A stretch of 30,764 nucleotides of DNA from a virus (Duplodnaviria > Caudoviricetes), in the IMG/VR virus record IMGVR_UViG_3300041402_000456, positions 1 to 30,764 of that record; one strand, 5' to 3'. A program made the translations under genes and the position numbers. A model generated the notes under the pieces. That model ran no database searches. It was not told where the DNA came from and saw only the letters and a program-made list of their open reading frames with translations. The first letter of the stretch is position 1. Each line of letters opens with the position of its first letter. This document shows positions 15,857-25,392 of this stretch, in pieces.

Positions 15857-16896
15857 TGTTTAAGAAAGTCTTACTGATAACGATATTACTGGCTTTGGCG
15901 GGTTACGTGGCTTATGCTGCAGTTGACACCACAGAGATAAACTTCAGCACCGTAACATCCGGTACGTTCGACCAGAGTTTGCGAGGTTGGATTAGTACGC
16001 TTAACGAAGATATTGTGCGGGCAGCTGGATTGCCAAGTTTATTATCTGGCGGAACTGTCTATTATGTAGATGGTAACAAATCTACAGCAGGCACTGGTAC
16101 TGGTAGTTGGGATAATGCGTTTAACACGCTCTCTGCTGCATTAGCTGCGAGTCACGCCAATATCGCTGTATCTTCAAGGCGAGCTTGGGCGACCCGAAAT
16201 ACGATATTTGTCATCGGCGATTTTATTACTGAGGATTTGACGAAGTTGGCGCAGAAGACCGATATTATCGGTTTAGGTTCCACTAATCAGTACAAGAAAG
16301 CCGGAATTTTAGGCGACCATGTAATAGAGGCGGCTACAACGGCTCACTATATGGGTTGCCGGATTATCAATATGCACTTTAGAGGCGATGGTGGCGGCAT
16401 TCTCTTTGACGTTCCAATCAACCAGAATGGGATTGAGTTTATAGGGTGCGAATTTCAGCAAAATGGCGGCGAAACTATTGGGCTACGACTTGGCGGGAAT
16501 CACGATACTAAGGTTATAGGTTGTGTGTTCAGGCCGGATACCAGTGGCGTAGCATTCTCAACTGCTGCTGTCCAAGTTCTAAACGGCGCTGGCGATTTGA
16601 CTAATGTGAATATTGACGGTAATCAGATTTACAGTGGAGGCATCGGTGTTGATTGGGATGAGACTGCATCTATCAACTGCTGGATTAACGATAATTACAT
16701 GTACACAACAGGGATAGGCATTGACGAAGAAGGCGATGGGGTCAGAGTGATTGGCAATAGGATGATTACTGCTGTAGACACAGGAACATATACAGCGGGT
16801 TTTGATTTCAGCGAAGCACTTGCGATTGACAATATCATAACTGGCTCTGGTGGCGAGACTGATATAGTCCCGCTTCCTGAAGGGACGGCCAACTAA
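15856..16896 (+). CDS. right-handed beta-helix (pectin-lyase-like) protein with an N-terminal signal peptide
   Basis: MFKKVLLITILLALAGYVAYA signal-like start; VYYVDGN...G.SWDNAFNTL..AL cap; repeated IGCxF/IxxN rungs. Confidence 0.75.
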   Translation: MFKKVLLITILLALAGYVAYAAVDTTEINFSTVTSGTFDQSLRGWISTLNEDIVRAAGLPSLLSGGTVYYVDGNKSTAGTGTGSWDNAFNTLSAALAASHANIAVSSRRAWATRNTIFVIGDFITEDLTKLAQKTDIIGLGSTNQYKKAGILGDHVIEAATTAHYMGCRIINMHFRGDGGGILFDVPINQNGIEFIGCEFQQNGGETIGLRLGGNHDTKVIGCVFRPDTSGVAFSTAAVQVLNGAGDLTNVNIDGNQIYSGGIGVDWDETASINCWINDNYMYTTGIGIDEEGDGVRVIGNRMITAVDTGTYTAGFDFSEALAIDNIITGSGGETDIVPLPEGTAN

Positions 16897-16908
16897 TAAA
16901 AGTTTATG

Positions 16909-16941
16909 GGTAGGGCAGATAACTTCTGCCTTACCTTTTTT
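16909..16941 (+). terminator. intrinsic terminator
   Basis: GGTAGGGCAGA TAACT TCTGCCTTACC TTTTTT. Confidence 0.7.
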
Positions 16942-16953
16942 AGGAGACGCAAG

Positions 16954-17316
16954 ATGGCTTACGAAATACCATCTGATTTTGTATTGGCTACTGGTCGCTT
17001 ATTAGTACAGGCCGATGAAGGCGAAGGCAATCCCTGTGTTGGAACTATTATCAGAATAGGAGAAGATATTAACGGATGCGGTTTTCCGCGTGCTTTTCAA
17101 TTTTCAACTCCGGATTATACAAAGATAAAAAGACAAGTAGATGACCCTGATTATATTCCTGACCCAGAAAAACCCGATAACCGTCCTGACCAAATTGATA
17201 TTTACTATACAAGAATCGTTTTTAACAGAAAGACGGCACAGGAAGTTAAGTTAGGCGATGAGGACTACTTTCTTATTCACGTAACTGATATTCTGGGCTT
17301 GATACCACCGGAGTAA
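16954..17316 (+). CDS. divergent GroES/Cpn10-like protein
   Basis: RLLV...GTIIRIG...IVFN...EVKLGDEDYFLIHVTDILGLI follows the GroES pattern; ATG at 16954 after AGGAG. Confidence 0.7.
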   Translation: MAYEIPSDFVLATGRLLVQADEGEGNPCVGTIIRIGEDINGCGFPRAFQFSTPDYTKIKRQVDDPDYIPDPEKPDNRPDQIDIYYTRIVFNRKTAQEVKLGDEDYFLIHVTDILGLIPPE

Positions 17317-17319
17317 ATT

Positions 17320-17433
17320 ATGAGAGGTCGTAAATCCGGTCAGGGACATAGGCGAAAACGAAAGAATATCAAGGCCGCTAAGGCTGAAGGTAAATCTTTG
17401 AAGAAGTTTTTGAAGGACAAGAAGGGGAAATAA
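17320..17433 (+). CDS. small basic protein, 37 aa (MRGRKSGQGHRRKRKNIK...)
   Basis: Translated by hand; SD GGAG; TAATG overlap. Confidence 0.55.
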   Translation: MRGRKSGQGHRRKRKNIKAAKAEGKSLKKFLKDKKGK

Positions 17434-17633
17434 TGGCTAAAAGGAAAAAAACCAGAAAGAAAAACGCGGTTCCTGCTCCTGTTGCCGACTTTGACGATAA
17501 AAAGGCTAAGGTTCGTCAAGCCGCACGCATATTGTCTGATGCCGAAGAAATCAGGGATAATAAAGCATTTATGAAACAGGTCAAGGCGGAACAGAGATTG
17601 CAACAGGCAGCGCTAAAAAGAGCAATGCGATAA
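17433..17633 (+). CDS. small basic helical protein
   Basis: ORF track; AARILSDAEEI motif. Confidence 0.7.
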   Translation: MAKRKKTRKKNAVPAPVADFDDKKAKVRQAARILSDAEEIRDNKAFMKQVKAEQRLQQAALKRAMR

Positions 17634-17851
17634 TGGCTGAATTTATTATTAGAACTGATGTACAAAATCATCGTGTGGATATTTCTATAGACGATGATGC
17701 TGAATTTATTGATTGGATGATGGCTTGTGAATTTCTTATGACGAAAACAGCTCAATTAAGTTTGGCTGGTTACGAAAAAGCTCTTGAATTGCTTTGTAAA
17801 GGCTCTATGGATTATAAAGTCGTATTAGAGGAATATCCAAATGGCTGCTGA
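17633..17851 (+). CDS. hypothetical protein
   Basis: ORF track; TAATG overlap. Confidence 0.65.
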   Translation: MAEFIIRTDVQNHRVDISIDDDAEFIDWMMACEFLMTKTAQLSLAGYEKALELLCKGSMDYKVVLEEYPNGC

Positions 17852-18932
17852 TGTTAAAACGTGGAAGCTATCGGAAATCAGGGCGTTATGGCGAGAACTG
17901 ACCGGACGGCCTTCTACCGGCCAGATTTCAGATGTCAACGTCAATAAGGAGATTAACGATTATTACGTCAATCACTTTTCGCACGATGCGAAAGTCGATG
18001 AATTTGATGTATTTTTTACTCAGGCATTGTCCGCTACCGATACTGGTATTTATTCGGTTGCACAGAACATAGACCGCCTCGATGACCCCGTTACGATAAA
18101 CGGCAGGGAAATTACTTTATATAGGGACAGAGAGTTATTCTTTGGCACACACGACCATACACATCATTTTCTGCACAGCCACTTTCACGGGGCAAGAACA
18201 CATCTTCACGGCCAATACAAGGATGAACAATTTATTACCGACCCGACCTTGGCGATAGGCACGAGCGATACCAAGAAGGTTAAACACAGTGATTTCGATT
18301 ATGAGATTCAGAGCAAGTCCTATTCCAAATCGTCGAGCGAGGTGGTCTTGACAGGAAGTGCTATTCCGCAAGGTAAATATGGTGCGTGGTCTTTGAAAGT
18401 AGACGTTGACGGCGATATTGCCGTTACCGCCGCTGGGGATAATGCTACGGGTTACGCAACGCCGAGAATAGCCCTTGACGCCTTGGGTACGGCTGATGGT
18501 GATTCAGCTTATATGGGTTATGTGACCGTAACAAAGTCGGACGGCGCGTTTACACCAGGTACTACTGCTCTGGATGCGGCCAATGTGACGGACGCTTACA
18601 CTGATGGTAAGTTTGAGAATCGGGCGGAGCCGACAGCAGCGTTACTATACGGCCAAAATTTATATGTAAGACCAAAAGCAAATGATATTTATGAGTTTGA
18701 GGCGTTATCCATTGCGGACAGACCCACGGCTTTCGCCGATGATGGTGCGGTTCCGGATGATGCCAAATGGGGGCCGGTAATAGCCGCAATGTCGGCGTTG
18801 TTTTTTCTTGAGCGTAACGGAGAAGATGCGATTGCGGCTCAAGTTGCAGTCGTAGCGAAAAAGTATATGAGTTCAATACGCTCGGACAAGATAAAAAGGT
18901 TATTAGGACAGGTTGTTCAAAGGAGTTACTAA
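17841..18932 (+). CDS. putative head-tail adaptor/connector with a His-rich insert
   Basis: N-terminal LSEIRALWRELTGRP...INDYY and C-terminal LYVRP...Y...P...W..VIA pattern of podoviral adaptors; gene position. Confidence 0.6.
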   Translation: MAADVKTWKLSEIRALWRELTGRPSTGQISDVNVNKEINDYYVNHFSHDAKVDEFDVFFTQALSATDTGIYSVAQNIDRLDDPVTINGREITLYRDRELFFGTHDHTHHFLHSHFHGARTHLHGQYKDEQFITDPTLAIGTSDTKKVKHSDFDYEIQSKSYSKSSSEVVLTGSAIPQGKYGAWSLKVDVDGDIAVTAAGDNATGYATPRIALDALGTADGDSAYMGYVTVTKSDGAFTPGTTALDAANVTDAYTDGKFENRAEPTAALLYGQNLYVRPKANDIYEFEALSIADRPTAFADDGAVPDDAKWGPVIAAMSALFFLERNGEDAIAAQVAVVAKKYMSSIRSDKIKRLLGQVVQRSY

Positions 18933-19105
18933 TGGAAGAATGTAAAACTTGCAAGTTTTTTGAACCTATTGGTGATGGTAATAACGGTTATTGCCATAGA
19001 TTTCCTCCGGAAAATGACGGCCAGGATACAAAAACGATAGACGAATTTCCATTTGTAAGAAAAAGATATTGGTGTGGCGAACACAAAAGAAAGGGAACGA
19101 AATGA
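18932..19105 (+). CDS. small four-Cys HiPIP-like protein, 57 aa
   Basis: Translated by hand: MEECKTCKFFEPIGDGNNGYCHRFPP...FPFVRKRYWCGEH. SD AGGAG; overlaps both neighbours. Confidence 0.7.
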   Translation: MEECKTCKFFEPIGDGNNGYCHRFPPENDGQDTKTIDEFPFVRKRYWCGEHKRKGTK

Positions 19106-20259
19106 AAAAGATAATTCTAATTACGGTTTTGGCTTTGTTGGTTAGCGTGGTATATGCAGCCGATCCTGTGATACTTATAGACAAAACTGGGAAAGAGGTC
19201 AATCCAGGAGCGTCTAATAGATGGCCAGTGGTACATCTTAATGCTGCTACTGCTGGCGTAAAAATGCTTTTGTCTGCGCCTGGTAATACTAAGAGCCATT
19301 ATGTAACAGGTTTTATAATGAGTGGTGGGGCTGATGCTGATGGCTTTCATTTTCTAAGACAGAATTGCGTTGTCTTTGATGCCGCCGCCGATACTCTTAC
19401 AATGGCTGATGATGGCACAGACTTTGACTGGGGCACTCAGGCTGCTGATGGCGACTTTTCGGCGGAGTTCTGGATAAATTACGAAGCTACTGCGGCTGCT
19501 GCGCCGAGTCTAATGAAACGTGGCAATGAGGCTTCAGATGGCTGGTTAATAGAATTAACTGCCGCCTCGTTAGTCAAGTTTACTGCTCACGATTCATCTG
19601 ATACGGCAACTATTACGGCGACAACTGCGATAGACGATGGCGAATGGCACCACATAGTTGTTTCTGTGGATAGGGATTCAACAACTGGAATGCAGATTTA
19701 TGTTGACGGCCAGGCAGATGCAACGGCGGTTGACCCTACTGATATGGCGCTTACGCTGGACGGTGGCACTACGATTGTAATGACTGGTGTTAATAATGAG
19801 ACATTTTATATATCCACTGCTGGTATCTATATTGGTAGCGATGCGTTTCTTTCTGCGTCCGAAGTAACAACGCGATACAATGCGGGCATTGGCTTGAAAT
19901 ACGAAGGTGATGAGACTGGACTTGTTGTGGGATTTAATACGGATGAAGGCGAGAGTACGGCCTGCCACGATATTAAGAACGATGCAAGCAATGTAATTAC
20001 TCTTTCTGGCACTTCGTGGGCGCCTTCGAGACAAAACGGCGCGACTGCGGAAGTCAACGTGGATGGTATTCCTATTAACGAGCAGGATATGACAGTTGCC
20101 GTGGGCAAGTTTCATTGTGGGGTAGGTTCGGCGTTTGGCGGTTTCCCTGTAATCTTTCCGCATCCTATCAAAATAGGTCGTAACTGTCCATTGAACATAT
20201 TGGAAACGAACGGTGCTTTTAGTTTAATTGTGTTCGGCTATACTACGACTGTGAGGTAG
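19102..20259 (+). CDS. LamG/concanavalin-A-like domain protein with an N-terminal signal peptide
   Basis: MKKIILITVLALLVSVVYA start; FSAEFWI, DDGEWHHIVVS, MQIYVDG and LSASEV LamG motifs. Confidence 0.8.
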   Translation: MKKIILITVLALLVSVVYAADPVILIDKTGKEVNPGASNRWPVVHLNAATAGVKMLLSAPGNTKSHYVTGFIMSGGADADGFHFLRQNCVVFDAAADTLTMADDGTDFDWGTQAADGDFSAEFWINYEATAAAAPSLMKRGNEASDGWLIELTAASLVKFTAHDSSDTATITATTAIDDGEWHHIVVSVDRDSTTGMQIYVDGQADATAVDPTDMALTLDGGTTIVMTGVNNETFYISTAGIYIGSDAFLSASEVTTRYNAGIGLKYEGDETGLVVGFNTDEGESTACHDIKNDASNVITLSGTSWAPSRQNGATAEVNVDGIPINEQDMTVAVGKFHCGVGSAFGGFPVIFPHPIKIGRNCPLNILETNGAFSLIVFGYTTTVR

Positions 20260-20262
20260 AAA

Positions 20263-21213
20263 ATGGCGTTCGATAAAGATAAACCAGCTTCGTCAACATC
20301 ATTGAGAGCATCTAACCCTGAAATATTGGCTAATTGGGATGCCTTAGAAACTGCACTTAATAGAGAGCATGAATATTCTACTGGTGGTACTGTAGCAGAC
20401 CAGGCACATCACAAAAAAGGTTCCGCAAGATGTTTTATTCAAGATGCAGTACCAACTACGAGGCGGGATACTACAGCTTTTACTGCTGAAGATAATGGCT
20501 CTCTTTGGATTGATACCAACAGCAGTCCCGATAATCAATTTAATGTTTTAACTGATTACAGTGGGCCTACTTGGACTCCAATATCAACTGAGGTAATCGC
20601 TGTTCTTCTGGCGGCGAACAGAATATTTGCAGGCACATTGAAATCGACTGGTGATTTTACAGTCGGGGCCAACAAGGTAGTCGTAACGGCGGCCAGTGGA
20701 AATACGGTTATTGCTGGCACTCTTGGCGCTGCGGGAATAGCCACCTTGGGCGATGGTTCAAAAATGGCTACGAGTGCAGCCCCAGGTGCTGATGCGGAGC
20801 TTGCCAATAAGAAATATGTTGATGATGCTCTTGGCCAATCATCACAAGTTACAGGGACAAATGACATATCAAATACATCTGGCAATTGGGCTGATATTGC
20901 TAATATGTCTATTACCATAACGACAAAGGGTGGTAATGTCCTATTGACATTTTCCGCCTCTATAAAGATTAGTGCCTTTAATGCTCAAGGCGAATTGAGA
21001 TTTGATGAAGATGGGACTCCAAGAGGCACATGGTTTCTTGACTATGCCACGGGTAGTCTTGAAAACTCTGAAACCATATCTTGGCTTATAACTTCACTGA
21101 GCGCCGCTGCGCACACATTCAAAGTACAGTGGAAGGATACAAATGGTACTATTGAACAATTAGGAAATACAAGAGGAGCGAGAGCATTTTCGGCAATAGA
21201 ATTACCGAGTTAA
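20263..21213 (+). CDS. putative tail fibre/collar protein
   Basis: Ala/Thr/Gly-rich; ANKKYVDD motif; C-terminal beta domain ending LSAAAHTFKVQW. Confidence 0.6.
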   Translation: MAFDKDKPASSTSLRASNPEILANWDALETALNREHEYSTGGTVADQAHHKKGSARCFIQDAVPTTRRDTTAFTAEDNGSLWIDTNSSPDNQFNVLTDYSGPTWTPISTEVIAVLLAANRIFAGTLKSTGDFTVGANKVVVTAASGNTVIAGTLGAAGIATLGDGSKMATSAAPGADAELANKKYVDDALGQSSQVTGTNDISNTSGNWADIANMSITITTKGGNVLLTFSASIKISAFNAQGELRFDEDGTPRGTWFLDYATGSLENSETISWLITSLSAAAHTFKVQWKDTNGTIEQLGNTRGARAFSAIELPS

Positions 21214-21252
21214 GGAACTTGTGTAAAACAATAACGGAAATCAAGGTGTGAT

Positions 21253-23358
21253 ATGTCATATACGCCATTCCCAATTCTTGATATGAAGACGGGCAAGTAT
21301 TTAAGGCGAGACCCTTGGCTATCGCCTGAGGATGCCTTCGAGATATTAAGTAATTGTCGTATCAAAAGGGGCGTTCTTGAGAAACGCAGGGGCTATGCTT
21401 TATATGGCCAGATACTTGCTATAAGTACAACTACTCTTAATCCGACTTTGCAAACAAATCCGGTTATGGGGATTTTCAATCATCTATCTGGGACAACGGA
21501 AAATCTTTTGGTTGCCGACCAGGATAGATTAAACGAGTATGTATCAGGACGGCCGGTCAATAAAAGTCTAACGGCAGTAGCCGACCAAGGTGGCAGTCCC
21601 AACGTGGTCAGATTCACCTCAACAGGACATACTTTTACGGCTGATGAGATTATTACAATAACAGGAGATGCCGATTGGAATGGTACTTATCGTGTCGAGG
21701 CTGTCGCGGCAAATACGTTTGATATAGAACACGCTGCTTCTGATACGGTAGTGGATTCAGGAACAACAGCAAGCCAAGAGGCGTTTACTGACCTTACCGA
21801 GAACAAAATAAGATTCAATAGTACGAACCAGAATTGGACGCCGGTAGCAGGTTCGGTAGTAAAAGGCGGAACCAGTGGAGCTATAGCTACAGTGGCTACT
21901 GGCGGGGTAATAGTCGATTACGGAACAATTGCCGGTGCTGATGCATTTGGGACTATCGTATTTGATAAAGGAACGGTAACGGGCACTTTTCAAACTGGAG
22001 AGGATTTACAGAACAATGCTAATGCCGCCCAGATTGTAGGACAGGCCATAGCGGCGAATTCAGATGAGGCATTTACGGGTGATAATACCAATTTTTTCTG
22101 GAGTGAGAACTGGGACCACGACGGCGTGAGCGATACGACTTATATCGTAAATAACAAAGACCCAATACAGATTTATAACGGAACTCATCTTAGGCAGTTA
22201 TCTGTGGATATTGGGACTAATGCTGCAAGAGCGGGTGTTAATGATATAAACTCCTGTCTTTTGATAGTTATATTCAAGGAAAGAGTGGTCTTGTTCAGTA
22301 CGAACGAGAATGGAGTTGATTTTTTCCAACGTGCCCGATGGTCAACTATCAAAGACCCTCAAAGTTGGCCGACTGCGAATTTCAAAGATGCCCCGACTTC
22401 CGACATTATAAAGTCCGTAGATTTTATAGGCGATGAACTATATATATGGTTTGAACGGAGCGCATGGCGGTTTACTTGGACGGGCGATTCTGCCGACCCG
22501 TTTGAATGGGAAAGGGTTTCGGATACCGAGGGTTCCGTGGCGCAAATGAGTTTGGTTACTCAGGATGACCGCCAATTTGCCGTGGGTGCCTCAAGGATTC
22601 AATTGTCAAACGGCAGGGACGTTGTTGCGGCAGATAGTATAATCCCTGATTTTGTTTTGGACTGGAACCAGGACTCTCTGCCTTACAGTAATAGTCTTTT
22701 GCTTGACGAGGAAAAACATATTTTAATGTCTTATGCTTCTGATGCTGCTTCTGAGCACGCGGACGGCAACGTATATCCCGACAGGGCGGTGGTAATAAAT
22801 TACGAAGAAAACAATTTTGCCACTTATGGTCTACCTATTCATACTTTGGGATTCTCCAACGTTGAAAGTGACTTATCGTGGGATGACATAACGGATGCTT
22901 GGGAAGACATAGATTATGCTTGGAGCGCTGGCCAGGCCAAATCCGGTTTTCCTATAACTTTGATAGGTAGTCATGTAGGCAAAGTATTCCAATTGAACGT
23001 TGCTGGTTCCGACGATACCGCTGCGATAGAATTTGAGGCTTTCAGCGCAAGAATGAATCCCTATACAAAAAAAGGACATAAAGCCAAACTCGGTTATATG
23101 TTATTTCTTGTGGATGTTGATGCGGATGTAAATTTTGATGTGTTGAATTATATCAATACCGATACTACCCAATTTCAAACTAAAACCGTTACTTGCACGG
23201 CGGTAAATGGTTCTGATAAGAAGGCTTGGCACAGGGTCGATGTATTTGCAACGGCAGATTTTCATAGAATAAAAATTACGAACAACGCCGCGAATAATCG
23301 GCCTCGCATTCACGCTATAATCCTATTTTTTCAAGATGCCGGTGGGAGACTGAATTGA
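21253..23358 (+). CDS. tail nozzle/stabilisation protein (P22 gp10-like) with an FCCH-like insert
   Basis: 701 aa; N-terminal AFEILSNCRIKRGVLEKRRGY; RARWS...DP..W; SWDDITDAWED; TSTGHTF...ITITG...NGTYRV insert. Confidence 0.7.
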   Translation: MSYTPFPILDMKTGKYLRRDPWLSPEDAFEILSNCRIKRGVLEKRRGYALYGQILAISTTTLNPTLQTNPVMGIFNHLSGTTENLLVADQDRLNEYVSGRPVNKSLTAVADQGGSPNVVRFTSTGHTFTADEIITITGDADWNGTYRVEAVAANTFDIEHAASDTVVDSGTTASQEAFTDLTENKIRFNSTNQNWTPVAGSVVKGGTSGAIATVATGGVIVDYGTIAGADAFGTIVFDKGTVTGTFQTGEDLQNNANAAQIVGQAIAANSDEAFTGDNTNFFWSENWDHDGVSDTTYIVNNKDPIQIYNGTHLRQLSVDIGTNAARAGVNDINSCLLIVIFKERVVLFSTNENGVDFFQRARWSTIKDPQSWPTANFKDAPTSDIIKSVDFIGDELYIWFERSAWRFTWTGDSADPFEWERVSDTEGSVAQMSLVTQDDRQFAVGASRIQLSNGRDVVAADSIIPDFVLDWNQDSLPYSNSLLLDEEKHILMSYASDAASEHADGNVYPDRAVVINYEENNFATYGLPIHTLGFSNVESDLSWDDITDAWEDIDYAWSAGQAKSGFPITLIGSHVGKVFQLNVAGSDDTAAIEFEAFSARMNPYTKKGHKAKLGYMLFLVDVDADVNFDVLNYINTDTTQFQTKTVTCTAVNGSDKKAWHRVDVFATADFHRIKITNNAANNRPRIHAIILFFQDAGGRLN

Positions 23359-23853
23359 GTGGAATACCTGAAAGATACAGAAAGTTTTGGACAAACATTT
23401 AAAAAGGGAGAGGACGAAAGTCTCGGTGACGACCTTGAAAAGTTCTTTGCGAAACTACTGCCGTTTTTCGAGAGGAGAATTTTCAATAGAACATCCAAGC
23501 GGGTAAATTTTCTATTAACGAGGGTAAACGACCAGAAGTTGGAGATAATCGCCAATGGCAATAGCGACAAAGACGAAGACGGGAATTGGCGGTTCTACGA
23601 AGATAGCGGCAATCTGATTATCCAGAAAAGAGTTAGCGGTACGTGGACTAACTATCTCTTGCAGAGCGGGGACGCTGATGGGCAGATGCTTTTCTGGGAC
23701 GGAGTAAAATGGGCAAAGACTGAAACCTCGGAACTGTTCTGGGATGATGTTAATAAGCGTTTAGGGATAAATCAATCATCGCCTACAAGTACATTAGATG
23801 TAAATGAAACTGTAACAGTTAAAAGATTGCTTGCCGGAGGCGTTACAGAATGA
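23359..23853 (+). CDS. tail-fibre-like protein
   Basis: GTG start; DGNWRF...GNLIIQKR..GTW, GQMLFWDG.KW and LFWDDVNKRLGINQSSPTSTLDV fibre motifs. Confidence 0.6.
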   Translation: MEYLKDTESFGQTFKKGEDESLGDDLEKFFAKLLPFFERRIFNRTSKRVNFLLTRVNDQKLEIIANGNSDKDEDGNWRFYEDSGNLIIQKRVSGTWTNYLLQSGDADGQMLFWDGVKWAKTETSELFWDDVNKRLGINQSSPTSTLDVNETVTVKRLLAGGVTE

Positions 23854-25181
23854 TTTCAGTAATTCTACCAGCGAGGCAGGAGCCCTATATCAACAAGACC
23901 ATCGAGAGTCTTTACGATAATGCTTCGGGTGAAATTGAAGTGATTGTTGTTCTTGATGGAGATAAAGCGGACATAGATTCAAGGGCGAAAGTGATTCTCC
24001 ATCCCGCACCTTTAGGTAGACGGGTTTGTATGAACGAGGCCGCCGCAATAGCAAGGGGGGAATATCTATTACATATTGACGCCCATTGCTCAATGACTCC
24101 CGAATGGGACAGGAAATTGCAAGAGGTATGCGCCGAAAATACTCTGGTAGTTTCGGTTGTGGCTGCTATGAACGAAGATACTTGGCAGATAAAACCGAGG
24201 CATTACTATACTTTCGTGTCCCTTGACAAAAATCTTGTCGAACATTGGTGGGGAAAATACAAGAAACTATCCGACTGCGCAGTAACCGAAGAGACAATGG
24301 CCTTGACAGCTTGTGGCTGGATGATACGAAAAGACTACTATTGGTTGCTTGGCGGTTGCGATGAGAGCTTAGGTCAATTAGGTCATCTCGGCCCCGAATG
24401 GGCATTAAAAGTATGGTGTCAATCTGGTAAGTTACTGTTGAGAACAGATGTATTTTGTGGCCACGTTTTTGCGTGCAACAGTAAAAAGATACAACTTTAC
24501 AATCCCCAGAAGATTAGCGATATAGATTTTCGAGACAGAATGTATGCCAAGTATGGCAATAAAATAGAATGGCTGAGAAAAAAGTTCAACCCGCCTCGAT
24601 GGGATGAAACTCAAGAGATAGAGACTATCGAAAAAGTAGAACAGATTATTAAAATTAGAAAGTCAGACAATACTGAAGATATTATTGATATATGCAAGGA
24701 ATACTTTCCAGTTGAGAGACCGAAGGATTCCACGATAACCTACACTGATTGGCGGCTTTTATGGCAATTTATCTGCGAACAGAACATAAGAAGTTTGGTT
24801 GAATTCGGCCCAGGTCTTTCTACTGAAATACTTGACAGATGCGGTATTCAGATAACCTCATACGAAACGCACCCGTCTATCATAAATAGACTTAACGAAA
24901 AAATGCCGAGCGTTCAGTTCAATTTGTGGGACGGCAAGCAAATAGTCGGTTTGAATGGATATGATATGGCCTTTATAGACGGGCCTTTTGGCGGCGAAAA
25001 TCGGGAATATTCTTACAAATCAGTTGCCAATAGCAATATTCGCTTTGTAGCTTGCCACGATTCTAACAGAAAAACGGATAAAGTTTGGATAGACAAATAT
25101 CTTGGGAATTGGGATAAGGTTTGTGAGAATCCATTGAAGACAGGATTGCTTATTCTTGAAAGGGAAATAAATGCAGATTGA
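23850..25181 (+). CDS. GT-A glycosyltransferase resembling polypeptide GalNAc-transferases, fused to a class I SAM methyltransferase
   Basis: ISVILPA, IDAHC (DxH) and YYWLLGGCDE...E.ALKVW..SG.L......CGHVF; C-terminal LVEFGPGLST, MAFIDGP and VACHD. Confidence 0.85.
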   Translation: MISVILPARQEPYINKTIESLYDNASGEIEVIVVLDGDKADIDSRAKVILHPAPLGRRVCMNEAAAIARGEYLLHIDAHCSMTPEWDRKLQEVCAENTLVVSVVAAMNEDTWQIKPRHYYTFVSLDKNLVEHWWGKYKKLSDCAVTEETMALTACGWMIRKDYYWLLGGCDESLGQLGHLGPEWALKVWCQSGKLLLRTDVFCGHVFACNSKKIQLYNPQKISDIDFRDRMYAKYGNKIEWLRKKFNPPRWDETQEIETIEKVEQIIKIRKSDNTEDIIDICKEYFPVERPKDSTITYTDWRLLWQFICEQNIRSLVEFGPGLSTEILDRCGIQITSYETHPSIINRLNEKMPSVQFNLWDGKQIVGLNGYDMAFIDGPFGGENREYSYKSVANSNIRFVACHDSNRKTDKVWIDKYLGNWDKVCENPLKTGLLILEREINAD

Positions 25182-25392
25182 TACAACTTCTGCCCAATAT
25201 CAACAATATCTTAGTGGTCTTGATGGTCTAAGAACTTTGATGGCTCCAAGATTTGCGTTGTTCAAGAAACTGCCAGTGTCTAAACAGAGGCAATGGCTAC
25301 AAAAAGACCCGTTATTCCGTAAGGTTATAAAGATGGGAGTTCTGGTGGGGAACTGGGCAGAACAATTTAAGGGGGAAGTACAAAATGATTGA
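25171..25392 (+). CDS. hypothetical protein, 73 aa
   Basis: ORF track; overlaps both neighbours. Confidence 0.65.
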   Translation: MQIDTTSAQYQQYLSGLDGLRTLMAPRFALFKKLPVSKQRQWLQKDPLFRKVIKMGVLVGNWAEQFKGEVQND

